A stretch of DNA of 64,000 nucleotides from Macrostomum lignano (Eukaryota), in contig NIVC01003432.1 of the NCBI GenBank assembly GCA_002269645.1, positions 33,936 through 97,935 on the forward strand, given 5' to 3'. The notes below the pieces were generated by a model. The model ran no database searches. It saw nothing but the letters and a program-made list of their open reading frames with translations, and was not told the DNA's origin. This document shows positions 1 through 12,964 of the stretch, piece after piece. The number at the start of each line of letters is the position of its first letter. Within the stretch, counting starts at the first letter, position 1. The translations under genes and the position numbers were made by a program.

Positions 1-3000
1 ACAGCATCACTCACTCCAGCATCACTCACTCCAGCATCACTCACTCCAGCATCACTCACTACAGCATCATTCACTCCAGCATCACTCACTCCAGCAACAC
101 TCACTACAGCATCACTCACTCCAGCATCACTCACTCCAGCATCACTCACTCCAGCATCACTCACTCCAGCATCACTCACTCCAGCATCACTCACTCCAGC
201 ATCACTCACTCCAGCATCACTCACTACAGCATCACTCACTACAGCATCACTCACTACAGCAACACTCACTACAGCATCACTAACTCCAGCATCACTCACT
301 CCAGCATCACTCACTCCAGCATCACTCACTCCAGCATCACTCACTCCAGCATCACTCACTCCAGCATCACTCACTCCAGCATCACTCACTCCAGCATCAC
401 TCACTCCAGCATCACTCACTCCAGCATCACTCACTCCAGCATCACTCACTCCAGCATCACTCACTACAGCATCATTCACTCCAGCATCACTCACTCCAGC
501 ATCACTCACTCCAGCATCACTCACTCCAGCATCACTCACTCCAGCATCACTCACTCCAGCATCACTCACTCCAGCATCACTCACTCCAGCATCACTCACT
601 CCAGCATCACTCACTCCAGCATCACTCACTCCAGCATCACTCACTCCAGCATCACTCACTCCAGCATCACTCACTCCAGCATCACTCACTCCAGCATCAC
701 TCACTCCAGCATCACTCACTCCAGCATCACTCACTCCAGCATCACTCACTCCAGCATCACTCACTCCAGCATCACTCACTCCAGCATCACTCACTCCAGC
801 ATCACTCACTCCAGCATCACTCACTCCAGCATCACTCACTCCAGCATCACTCACTCCAGCATCACTCACTCCAGCATCACTCACTCCAGCATCACTCACT
901 CCAGCATCACTCACTCCAGCATCACTCACTCCAGCATCACTCACTCCAGCATCACTCACTCCAGCATCACTCACTCCAGCATCACTCACTCCAGCATCAC
1001 TCACTCCAGCATCACTCACTCCAGCATCACTCACTCAGCATCACTCACTCCAGCATCACTCACTCCAGCATCACTCACTACAGCATCACTCACTCCAGCA
1101 TCACTCACTCCAGCATCACTCACTCCAGCATCACTCACTCCAGCATCACTCACTCCAGCATCACTCACTCCAGCATCACTCACTCCAGCATCACTCACTC
1201 CAGCATCACTCACTCCAGCATCACTCACTCCAGCATCACTCACTCCAGCATCACTCACTCCAGCATCACTCACTCCAGCATCACTCACTCCAGCATCACT
1301 CACTCCAGCATCACTCACTCCAGCATCACTCACTCCAGCATCACTCACTCCAGCATCACTCACTTCCAGCATCACTCACTCCAGCATCACTCACTCCAGC
1401 ATCACTCACTCCAGCATCACTCACTCCAGCATCACTCACTCCAGCATCACTCACTCCAGCATCACTCACTCCAGCATCACTCACTCCAGCATCACTCACT
1501 CCAGCATCACTCACTCCAGCATCACTCACTCCAGCATCACTCACTCCAGCATCACTCACTCCAGCATCACTCACTCCAGCATCACTCACTCCAGCATCAC
1601 TCACTCCAGCATCACTCACTCCAGCATCACTCACTCCAGCATCACTCACTCCAGCATCACTCACTCCAGCATCACTCACTCCAGCATCACTCACTCCAGC
1701 ATCACTCACTCCAGCATCACTCACTCCAGCATCACTCACTCCAGCATCACTCACTCCAGCATCACTCACTACAGCATCACTCACTCCAGCATCACTCACT
1801 CCAGCATCACTCACTCCAGCATCACTCACTACAGCATCACTCACTCCAGCATCACTCACTCCAGCATCACTCACTCCAGCATCACTCACTACAGCATCAT
1901 TCACTCCAGCATCACTCACTCCAGCAACACTCACTACAGCATCACTACTCCAGCATCACTCACTCCAGCATCACTCACTCCAGCATCACTCACTCCAGCA
2001 TCACTCACTCAGCATCACTCACTCCAGCATCACTCACTCCAGCATCACTCACTCCAGCATCACTCACTCCAGCATCACTCACTCCAGCATCACTCACTCC
2101 AGCATCACTCACTACAGCATCACTCACTCCAGCATCACTCACTCCAGCATCACTCACTCCAGCATCACTCACTCCAGCATCACTCACTACAGCATCACTC
2201 ACTCCAGCATCACTCACTCCAGCATCACTCACTACAGCATCACTCACTACAGCATCATTCACTCCAGCATCACTCACTCCAGCAACACTCACTACAGCAT
2301 CACTACTCCAGCATCACTCACTCCAGCATCACTCACTCCAGCATCACTCACTCCAGCATCACTCACTCCAGCATCACTCACTCCAGCATCACTCACTCCA
2401 GCATCACTCACTACAGCATCACTCACTCCAGCATCACTCACTCCAGCATCACTCACTACAGCATCACTCACTACAGCATCACTCACTCCAGCATCACTCA
2501 CTCCAGCATCACTCACTCCAGCATCACTCACTCCAGCATCACTCACTCCAGCATCACTCACTCCAGCATCACTCACTCCAGCATCACTCACTCCAGCATC
2601 ACTCACTACAGCATCATTCACTCCAGCATCACTCACTCCAGCATCACTCACTCCAGCATCACTCACTCCAGCATCACTCACTCCAGCATCACTCACTCCA
2701 GCATCACTCACTCCAGCATCACTCACTCCAGCATCACTCACTCCAGCATCACTCACTCCAGCATCACTCACTCCAGCATCACTCACTCCAGCATCACTCA
2801 CTCCAGCATCACTCACTCCAGCATCACTCACTCCAGCATCACTCACTCCAGCATCACTCACTCCAGCATCACTCACTCCAGCATCACTCACTCCAGCATC
2901 ACTCACTCCAGCATCACTCACTCCAGCATCACTCACTCCAGCATCACTCACTCCAGCATCACTCACTCCAGCATCACTCACTCCAGCATCACTCACTCCA

Positions 3001-4800
3001 GCATCACTCACTCCAGCATCACTCACTCCAGCATCACTCACTCCAGCATCACTCACTCCAGCATCACTCACTCCAGCATCACTCACTCCAGCATCACTCA
3101 CTCCAGCATCACTCACTCCAGCATCACTCACTCCAGCATCACTCACTCCAGCATCACTCACTCCAGCATCACTCACTCCAGCATCACTCACTCCAGCATC
3201 ACTCACTCCAGCATCACTCACTCCAGCATCACTCACTCCAGCATCACTCACTCCAGCATCACTCACTCAGCATCACTCACTCCAGCATCACTCACTCCAG
3301 CATCACTCACTCCAGCATCACTCACTCCAGCATCACTCACTCCAGCATCACTCACTCCAGCATCACTCACTCCAGCATCACTCACTCCAGCATCACTCAC
3401 TCCAGCATCACTCACTCCAGCATCACTCACTCCAGCATCACTCACTCCAGCATCACTCACTCCAGCATCACTCACTCCAGCATCACTCACTCCAGCATCA
3501 CTCACTCCAGCATCACTCACTCCAGCATCACTCACTCCAGCATCACTCACTCCAGCATCACTCACTCCAGCATCACTCACTCAGCATCACTCACTCCAGC
3601 ATCACTCACTCCAGCATCACTCACTCCAGCATCACTCACTCCAGCATCACTCACTCCAGCATCACTCACTCCAGCATCACTCACTCCAGCATCACTCACT
3701 CCAGCATCACTCACTCCAGCATCACTCACTCCAGCATCACTCACTCCAGCATCACTCACTCCAGCATCACTCACTCCAGCATCACTCACTCCAGCATCAC
3801 TCACTCCAGCATCACTCACTCCAGCATCACTCACTCCAGCATCACTCACTCCAGCATCACTCACTCCAGCATCACTCACTCCAGCATCACTCACTCCAGC
3901 ATCACTCACTACAGCATCATTCACTCCAGCATCACTCACTCCAGCAACACTCACTACAGCATCACTAACTCCAGCATCACTCACTCCAGCATCACTCACT
4001 CCAGCATCACTCACTCCAGCATCACTCACTACAGCATCACTCACTCCAGCATCACTCACTCCAGCATCACTCACTCCAGCATCACTCACTCCAGCATCAC
4101 TCACTCCAGCATCACTCACTCCAGCATCACTCACTCCAGCATCACTCACTCCAGCATCACTCACTCCAGCATCACTCACTCCAGCATCACTCACTCCAGC
4201 ATCACTCACTCCAGCATCACTCACTCCAGCATCACTCACTCCAGCATCACTCACTCCAGCATCACTCACTACAGCATCACTCACTCCAGCATCACTCACT
4301 CCAGCATCACTCACTCCAGCATCACTCACTCCAGCATCACTCACTCCAGCATCACTCACTTCAGCATCACTCACTCCAGCATCACTCACTCCAGCATCAC
4401 TCACTCCAGCATCACTCACTCCAGCATCACTCACTCCAGCATCACTCACTCCAGCATCACTCACTACAGCATCACTCACTCCAGCATCACTCACTCCAGC
4501 ATCACTCACTCCAGCATCAGTCACTCCAGCATCACTCACTCCAGCATCACTCACTCCAGCATCACTCACTCCAGCATCACTCACTCCAGCATCACTCACT
4601 CCAGCATCACTCACTCCAGCATCACTCACTCCAGCATCACTCACTCCAGCATCACTCACTCCAGCATCACTCACTCCAGCATCACTCACTCCAGCATCAC
4701 TCACTCCAGCATCACTCACTCCAGCATCACTCACTCCAGCATCACTCACTCCAGCATCACTCACTCCAGCATCACTCACTCCAGCATCACTCACTCCAGC
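1..4800. repeat. 15-bp minisatellite (CCAGCATCACTCACT)n, about 320 copies, inside the protocadherin intron; truncated by the window start
   Basis: Direct periodicity; variants ACAGC/CATT/AACAC recur as a cassette; occasional 1-nt indels shift frame, so the (GVSDA)n ORFs are artefacts. Confidence 0.98.
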
Positions 4801-5229
4801 AACATTCAAATAGTTAAATAAATCAAACTTTCTGCATTTTCATAATTTTCTATCTTTATTGCAGCAATTAGCGATACCGATATTTGTCCGGAACAAAGCA
4901 AAAAAAATCTTTCTGCTTCAGCAAATCGGCTTAGCGAACCGTGATCTCCCGAGCCTTGGGAGCTAATGCTAAAATCTATAATCTTCCCAACACTGGGAGT
5001 CAGGTAATCCTATCACGTTTAACTGGATCTTTTCGACATCTGTGGCTAAAAAAGTTTTACAATTCAACTCCCAATGCTTTGCTGTGAAAAATCTGATTTT
5101 TTACGCATTAAAAATTTCTTGGATTGTCAAAGGATATGGTTGATCTTATGGGATTTAACAGCATTGGATTTTCGCTTCGTTTAGTGTCAGCTGTGGATAA
5201 AATTGTTTACAGAACTTCCGACTTATGAG

Positions 5230-6925
5230 TGCCTCAGTATCCTTGAATCTGCCTCAGTATCCTTGAATCTGCCTCAGTATCCTTGAATCTGCCTCAGTAT
5301 CCTTGAATCTGCCTCAGTATCCTTGAATCTGCCTTAGTATCCTTGAATCTGCCTTAGTATCCTTGAATCTGCCTCAGTATCCTTGAATCTGCCTCAGTAT
5401 CCTTGAATCTGCCTTAGTATCCTTGAATCTGCCTTAGTATCCTTGAATCTGCCTTAGTATCCTTGAATCTGCCTCAGTATCCTTGAATCTGCCTCAGTAT
5501 CCTTGAATCTGCCTCAGTATCCTTGAATCTGCCTCAGTATCCTTGAATCTGACTCAGTGTCCTTGAATATGCCTCTCTGATCCTTAAATCTGCCTCTCTG
5601 ATCCTTGAATCTGCCTCTCTGATCCTCGAATCTGCCTCTCTGATCCTTAAATCTGCCTCTCTGATCCTTGAATCTGCCTCTCTGATCTCTGAATCTGCCT
5701 CTCTGATCCTTAAATCTGCCTCTCTGATCCTTGAATCTGCCTCTCTGATCCTCGAATCTGCCTCTCTCTGATCCTTGAATCTGCCACAGTATCCTTGAAT
5801 CTGCCTCAGTGTCCTTGAATCTGCCTCTCTGATCCTTGAATCTGCCACAGTATCCTTGAATCTGCCTCAGTGTCCTTGAATCTGCCTCAGTATCCTTGAA
5901 TCTGCCTCAGTATCCTTGAATCTGCCTCAGTATCCTTGAATCTGACTCAGTGTCCTTGAATATGCCTCTCTGATCCTTAAATCTGCCTCTCTGATCCTTG
6001 AATCTGCCTCTCTGATCCTCGAATCTGCCTCTCTGATCCTTAAATCTGCCTCTCTGATCCTTGAATCTGCCTCTCTGATCTCTGAATCTGCCTCTCTGAT
6101 CCTTAAATCTGCCTCTCTGATCCTTGAATCTGCCTCTCTGATCCTCGAATCTGCCTCTCTCTGATCCTTGAATCTGCCACAGTATCCTTGAATCTGCCTC
6201 AGTGTCCTTGAATCTGCCTCTCTGATCCTTGAATCTGCCACAGTATCCTTGAATCTGCCTCAGTGTCCTTGAATCTGCCTCAGTGTCCTTGAATCTGCCT
6301 CAGTATCCTTGAATCTGCCTCAGTATATTTGAATCTGCCTCAGTGTCCTTGAATCTGCCTCAGTATCCTTGAATCTGCCTCAGTATCCTTGAATCTGCCT
6401 CAGTATCCTTGAATCTGCCTCATTATTCTTGAATCTGCCTCAGTATCCTTGAATCTGCCTCAGTATCCTTGAATCTGGCTCAGTATCCTTGAATCTGGCC
6501 CAGTGTCCTTGAATCTGGCTCAGTATATTTGAATCTGCCTCAGTATCCTTGAATCTGCCTCAGTATCCTTGAATCTGCCTCAGTGTCCTTGAATCTGCCT
6601 CAGTATCCTTGAATCTGGCTCAGTATCCTTGAATCTGACTCAGTATCCTTGAATCTGCTTCAGTGTCCTTGAATCTGCCTCACTGATCCTTGAATCTGCC
6701 CCACTGATCCTTGAATCTGCCCCACTGATCCTTGAATCTGCCCCACCGATCCTTGAATCTGCCTCACTGATCCTTGAATCTGCCTGTGTCTTTAAATCTG
6801 CTTCAGTGGCCTTGAATCTGGCTCAGTCTCCTTGAATCTGGCTCAGTATCCTTGAATCTGCCTCAGTGTCCTTGAATCTGGCTCAGTATCCTTGAATCTG
6901 CCTCAGTATCCTTGAATCTGCCTCT
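5230..6925. repeat. 20-bp minisatellite (GCCTCAGTATCCTTGAATCT)n with a 21-bp variant block and an exact 393-bp higher-order duplication
   Basis: Direct periodicity; identical ORF translations at 5534-5848 and 5927-6241. Confidence 0.96.
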
Positions 6926-6985
6926 GATAATTAAATCTGCCGAATATTTTGTCTACTTCAGTTCCCAAAGAAATTAACTCCTCAC

Positions 6986-7257
6986 CTTAACGCTGATCGT
7001 CATGCTGGCAGTCCTGGGATCGGGCTGGTGACCATCGACAGCCCGAACCTCCAGACTGAAGACCTGTTGCCTCTCTGCATCCAAACTGCTGGCCAGCCGG
7101 ATCTCTCCGCTGACTGAATCGATTCTGAACGGCTGCTGCAGGGGTCGCCAACTGAGCGAAGACTGTAACGCAGTCTGCTCAGCTGGCCTTCCTGCTCGTC
7201 TGGGTCCGTGGCTCGAACCCTGTACACCACTGAGTTCACGGTGGCGTTTTCCGGGAT
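6986..7257 (-). CDS. Protocadherin coding exon 2 (most of cadherin repeat 3), with an apparent 1-nt deletion at the G4 run 7141-7144
   Basis: Acceptor ccacag|ATC (phase 0, matching the exon 1 donor). IPENATVNSVVYRVRATDPDE...LRYSL in one frame continues as QQPFRIDSVSGEIRLASSLDAERQQVFSLEVRAVDGHQPDPRTASMTISVK in the next; donor AAG|GTGAGG. Motifs xPEN, ATDPD, FxID, LDxE and AxDG are cadherin hallmarks. Confidence 0.88.
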
Positions 7258-7309
7258 CTGTGGCCGGATTGGGATATGAGAGACGCTATTAGGGTGGGAA
7301 ATTTTCAAC

Positions 7310-8045
7310 TACACCCTCCTCACTTGCACTCTCCTCACCTGCACCTCGAAGTCGGCACCCTCCTCACCTGCACCCTTCTAACCTGAACCCTCCTCACCTG
7401 CACCCTCCTCACCTGCACCCTCCTCACCTGCACCCTCCTCACCTGCACCCTCCTCACCTGCACCCTCCTCACCTGCACTCTCCTCACCTGCACCCTTCTC
7501 ACCTGCACCCTCCTCACCTGCACCCTCCTCACCTGCACCCTCCACACCTGAACCCTCCTCACCTGCACCCTCCTCACCTGCACTCTCCTCACCTGCACCC
7601 TCCTCACCTGCACCCTCCTCACCTGCACCCTCCACACCTGAACCCTCCTCACCTGCACCCTCCTCACCTGCACTCTCCTCACCTGCACCCTCCTCACCTG
7701 CACCCTCCTCACCTGCACCCTCCTCACCTGAACCCTCCTCACCTGAACCCTCCTCACCTGCACCCTCCTCACCTGCACCCTTCTCACCTGCACCCTCCTC
7801 ACCTGCACCCCGAAGTCGGCACCCTCCTCACCTGCACCCTTCTCACCTGCACCCTCCACACCTGAACCCTCCTCACCTGCACCCTCCTCACCTGCACCCT
7901 CCTCACCTGCACCCTCCTCACCTGCACCCTCCTCACCTGCACCCTCCTCACCTGAACCCTCCTCACCTGAACCCTCCTCACCTGCACCCTCCTCACCTGC
8001 ACCCTTCTCACCTGCACCCTCCTCACCTGCACCCCGAAGTCGGCA
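7310..8045. repeat. 15-bp minisatellite (CACCTGCACCCTCCT)n in the protocadherin intron between coding exons 1 and 2
   Basis: Direct periodicity; CGAAGTCGGCAC interruptions near 7348, 7812 and 8036 mark sub-duplications. Confidence 0.96.
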
Positions 8046-8619
8046 CGCACACAAATATTGTTATAAATACATATAAAGACATATAAACTTTATAAAAGAG
8101 CAATTAAACTTTTTTAAATGCGATTTAATTAACAAAAAAATTGCTCTCAGTTGGACACCTAGAGCCGGATGCAAAATAGCAGAACTAACAATTTGATGTT
8201 AAAAGTTTTCTTCTATTTTCTCTTGACATTGACTACGAGTGGAGCAGCTTCAACACTCCATTCGGGTGTGAGAAGCATTAGGCTCAGCTCTTTTCTCTTA
8301 TGCCCTTATCTTCCTCCGGCTGACTCTCGCGAAAAAGGTCATTCAAAACGACACTCGACCGTAACTTGACACTTGGCCCTAAAACTGACGCGCGCATCGT
8401 GCCAAAAAACTTATTTTATTATTTCGTCACCTCATCTGTATGGAGCAAGTGTTTAGCCTTGGCTACAGGTGATTTTCCTATCTAACAGGGTGAGTTTAAT
8501 GGTTATAAGAAGTCTAAGTGCGTCTGAGTTCTCCCACACTTCCTTTCTGCAGCTAATTGTTGCTGTCGGAACTGAATCTCTGATTTTCATTGGTGATAAC
8601 TGTCTCTGCAAACCAATCT

Positions 8620-9215
8620 CTCCGACTCTCCATCTCCCTCTCTCCCTCTTCCTCTCCTTATATCCATGTCTCCCCATCTCCCCGTCTTCCTCTCCCTGTC
8701 TACCTATCTCCCTGTCTCCCTCTCCCTGTCTGTCTGTCTGTCTCCCTGTCTCCCTGTATCTTCTCTTCCTCTCTCCCTCTCTCCCTCTCTCCCTCTCTCC
8801 CTCTCTCCCTCTCTCCCTCTCTCCCTCTCTCCCTCTCTCCCTCTCTCCCTCTCTCCTCTCTCCCTCTCTCCCTCTCTCCCTGTCTCTCTGTCTCCCTCTC
8901 TCCCTCTCTCCCTCTCTCCCTCTCTCCCTGTCTCTCTGTCTCCCTCTCTCCCTGTCTCCCTGTCTCCCTCTCTCCCTCTCCCTCTCTTCCTCTCTCCCTC
9001 TCTCCCTCTCTCCCTGTCTCCCTGTCTCCCTGTCTCCCTCTCCCTGTCTGCCTGTCTCCCTGTCTCTCTGTCTCTTCTCTTCCTGTCTCCCTCTCTCCTT
9101 CTCTCCCTCTCTCCCTCTCTCCCTCTCCCTGTCTCCCTGTCTCCCTGTCTTCCTCTCACCCCTCTCCCTCTATCCCTCTTTCTCTGTCTGCCACTCTCCT
9201 TCTCCCCCTCCAGCC
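8620..9215. repeat. CT-rich low-complexity tract (CTCTCC/CTGT) just downstream of the protocadherin exon 1 donor
   Basis: Direct; source of the LSLSP-type ORFs. Confidence 0.95.
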
Positions 9216-9226
9216 CAGCCTCTCAC

Positions 9227-10054
9227 CGACAGCGGAACCAGCCGCCTCCCATTCTCAAACTGTGGCTCAAAATCGTTGGTGTTCTCCACTGCCAGTCGCA
9301 CTGTGAGATTCGAATGCAGCCTCCTCGGCTCGCCCTCATCGCTGGCCTGGACCGTCAGCTCAATGATCCTGACTCCGCGCTCTTCGCCCTCCAGATCGAT
9401 GTCGCCGACCACCCTCAGCTCCGGCGTGCCTTCGTCTCCATTGACCAGCGAGAACTTTGAGTACGGGCTGGAGTACCGCAGGCCGTCAGGGAAACTGTAA
9501 GTCACGGAGCCGTTCCGCCCCGCATCCGGGTCCGTGGCTCTGGGCAGCAGGACCCTGGCCTGCCTGTCGTGCTCCCGAATCAAAGAATGAAACACGCCGC
9601 GACTGCTCAAGGTTAAAAACTCTGGCGGATTATCGTTGATATCCTCGATTAGCACCTGCACGTTGATCAGCCGCATCCCGGCGGCGTCTTTTGGATTCGG
9701 CTGGAACATCGCCGTCACCTCAACTTGACAAACTCGATTAGGATTGGTTCGACAGCCTCTGATTGATTCTCTGTCGATTGGCTGGTTGACAACCAGCAGG
9801 CCGGTGCTGCGGTGCAGCTCGAACAGGTTCGCTGCCGGGTCACTTGACTGCTGCTCGATCAGCTGGTAGAGTCCAGTTGAAGATGCCGGAGGTGGTGACT
9901 GGACTCTCAGGTTGCAGACTAGGCTGCCCTTCGGCTGCTCCTCAACCACCGAACAGCGAGCCTGCTCGCTTGAGCATCTTATTGAATGAGGCCGGAGAAG
10001 CAGTAGAAGCAGCAATAGCGGAAACTGGTAGAGATGAGGCAAGAAAACTGACAT
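9227..10054 (-). CDS. Protocadherin coding exon 1: signal peptide plus cadherin repeats EC1-EC2 and start of EC3
   Basis: ATG at 10054; hydrophobic leader MSVFLPHLYQFPLLLLLLLLRPHSIRC; VEEQ, IDRESIRGC...VC (Cys loop typical of protocadherin EC1), DINDNPPEF, ATDPDAGRNG, DLE, ASDEG, NTNDFEPQF; donor TCG|GTGAGA, phase 0; upstream acceptor ttgcag| at 10118/10119. Confidence 0.95.
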
Positions 10055-10189
10055 TTGACTTCTGTGTGAAACAGTCTCTGATTGAGTCTCACAGTACTTA
10101 TGGCTGGCCTTAGAACAACTGCAATATGGATTAAAGGGGATGAGGATATTAGCTTGATACTTGCTGCAATCCAGAGTTTAACTTTATCC

Positions 10190-12325
10190 CATCCCACACT
10201 CTATCCCACACTCTATCATCCCACACTATCATCTCACACTCTATCATCTCACACTCTATCCCACACTGTATCTTACACTCATCCCACACTCTATCATCCC
10301 ACACTCTATCATCCCACACTCTATCCCACACTCTATCATCCCACACTCTATCATCTCACACTCTATCATCTCACACTCTATCCCACACTGTATCTTACAC
10401 TCATCCCACACTCTATCATCCCACACTCTATCATCCCACACTCTATCCCACACTCTATCATCCCACACTCTATCATCCCACACTCTATCCCACACTCGAT
10501 CATCCCACACTCTATCCCACACTCTATCATCCCACACTCTATCATCTCACACTCTATCCCACACTGTATCTTACACTCATCCCACACTCTATCCCACACT
10601 ATATCCCACACTCTATCATCCCACACTCTATCATCCCACACTCTATCCCACACTCTATCATCCCACACTCTATCCCACACTCTATCATCCCACACTCTAT
10701 CCCACACTCTATCATCCCACACTCTATCATCCCACACTCTATCATCCCACACTCTATCCCACACTCGATCATCCCACACTCTATCCCACACTCTATCATC
10801 CCACACTCTATCATCTCACACTCTATCCCACACTGTATCTTACACTCATCCCACACTCTATCCCACACTATATCCCACACTCTATCATCCCACACTCTAT
10901 CATCCCACACTCTATCCCACACTCTATCATCCCACACTCTATCCCACACTCTATCATCCCACACTCTATCATCTCACACTCTATCCCACACTGTATCTTA
11001 CACTCATCTCACACTCTATCCCACACTATATCCCACACTCTATCATCCCACACTCTATCCCACACTCTATCATCCCACACTCTATCCCACACTCTATCAT
11101 CCCACACTCTATCCCACACTCTATCCCACACTCTATCATCCCACATTCTATCATCCCACACTCTATCATCCCACACTCTATCATCCCACACTCTATCCCA
11201 CACTCTATCATCCCACACTCTATCATCTCACACTCTATCATCCCACACTCTATCATCCCACACTCTATCATCCCACACTCTATCCCACACTCTATCATCC
11301 CACACTCTATCATCTCACACTCTATCCCACACTGTATCTTACACTCATCCCACACTCTATCCCACACTATATCCCACACTCTATCATCCCACACTCTATC
11401 CCACACTCTATCATCCCACACTCTATCATCCCACACTCTATCATCCCACACTCTATCATCCCACACTCTATCATCCCACATTCTATCATCCCACACTCTA
11501 TCATCCCACACTCTATCCCACACTCTATCATCCCACACTCTATCATCCCACACTCTATCATCCCACACTCTATCCCACACTCTATCATCCCACACTCTAT
11601 CATCCCACACTCTATCATCCCACACTCTATCCCACACTCTATCATCCCACACTCTATCATCTCACACTCTATCCCACACTGTATCTTACACTCTATCATC
11701 CCACACTCTATCCCACACTCTATCATCCCACACTCTATCATCCCACACTCTATCATCCCACACTCTATCATCCCACATTCTATCATCCCACACTCTATCC
11801 CACACTCTATCCCACACTCTATCCCACACTCTATCATCCCACACTCTATCCCACACTCTATCATCCCACACTCTATCCCACACTCTATCCCACACTCTAT
11901 CATCCCACATTCTATCATCCCACACTCTATCATCCCACACTCTATCATCCCACACTCTATCCCACACTCTATCATCCCACACTCTATCATCTCACACTCT
12001 ATCCCACACTGTATCATCCCACACTCTATCATCCCACACTCTATCATCCCACACTCTATCATCCCACATTCTATCATCCCACACTCTATCATCCCACATT
12101 CTATCATCCCACACTCTATCATCCCCCACTCTATCCCACACTCTATCCCACACTCTATCCCACACTCTATCATCCCACACTCTATCCCACACTCTATCAT
12201 CCCACACTCTATCCCACACTCTATCATCCCACACTCTATCCCACACTCTATCATCCCACATTCTATCATCCCACACTCTATCATCCCACACTCTATCATC
12301 CCACATTCTATCATCCCACACTCTA
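10190..12325. repeat. Mixed 10/13-bp minisatellite CCACACTCTAT(CAT)C upstream of the protocadherin coding exon
   Basis: Direct periodicity; source of the SHTL/WDDRV/MIECG ORFs. Confidence 0.96.
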
Positions 12326-12964
12326 AGCGGACTTTAACTTAAATTAATATGAATTAATGTGACATTTCAACGGACGCTATCTGACAGCTTTTATCTGGCA
12401 CAACCGCTCAAGTCTCTATCTAAGAAGCAAAAAATATTTTCAACTCAACATCTCTGCTTATGAATCGCCAGCCCTGCAAAAAATGGAGAAAAATTGTACA
12501 AAAAAACCTGCCACCTCTTTTTTATTGACCTGTCGAATTTGATGTGGGCGCTCACGCGAGCGGCCTCTGCCCTTCATTGGGACGATTAAAAATGAGTAAA
12601 GCCTACAATGTGCAATTAGTGAATGAAATTCTCAAGGAAGACTGAAAACTCTCCCTCTAGCCAGCCAGAGATTGACGTCAGCTGGAGGGCCTCGTATTTC
12701 TAAGAAATTATAGGACTTAAAAATATATAGTGAGAAGACTGAGAGACCGGGGCGGTTGGGCGAAGTGAATTATTGATTTTGAGAGGCCCGCGAGAACTGA
12801 GTAGAACGGGGGAGCATTTCGCTACTCATTATTGGATGGAGACAGACGATTCGATTAAATTGGGAATATTCGGTCTTTATAGAGGGAGTTAATTTTTTAT
12901 GTCAAATTATTCCAGTGCTATCTCAGTCTCTGATGATGCCACAGTTCTTTTATTTTTTTCATAG

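Noticed and set aside
1031-4809. Long (GVSDA)n ORFs
   Set aside because: Stop-free reading of a 15-bp intronic array; broken by indels, with no splice sites or unique flanking coding sequence
10082-12337. 751-aa His/Ser-rich ORF and antisense WDDRV/MIECG ORFs
   Set aside because: Translation of a 10/13-bp non-triplet array, open in several frames at once
12673-12680. Perfect CRE palindrome TGACGTCA upstream of the protocadherin
   Set aside because: About one 8-mer is expected by chance in 64 kb and the TSS is unknown
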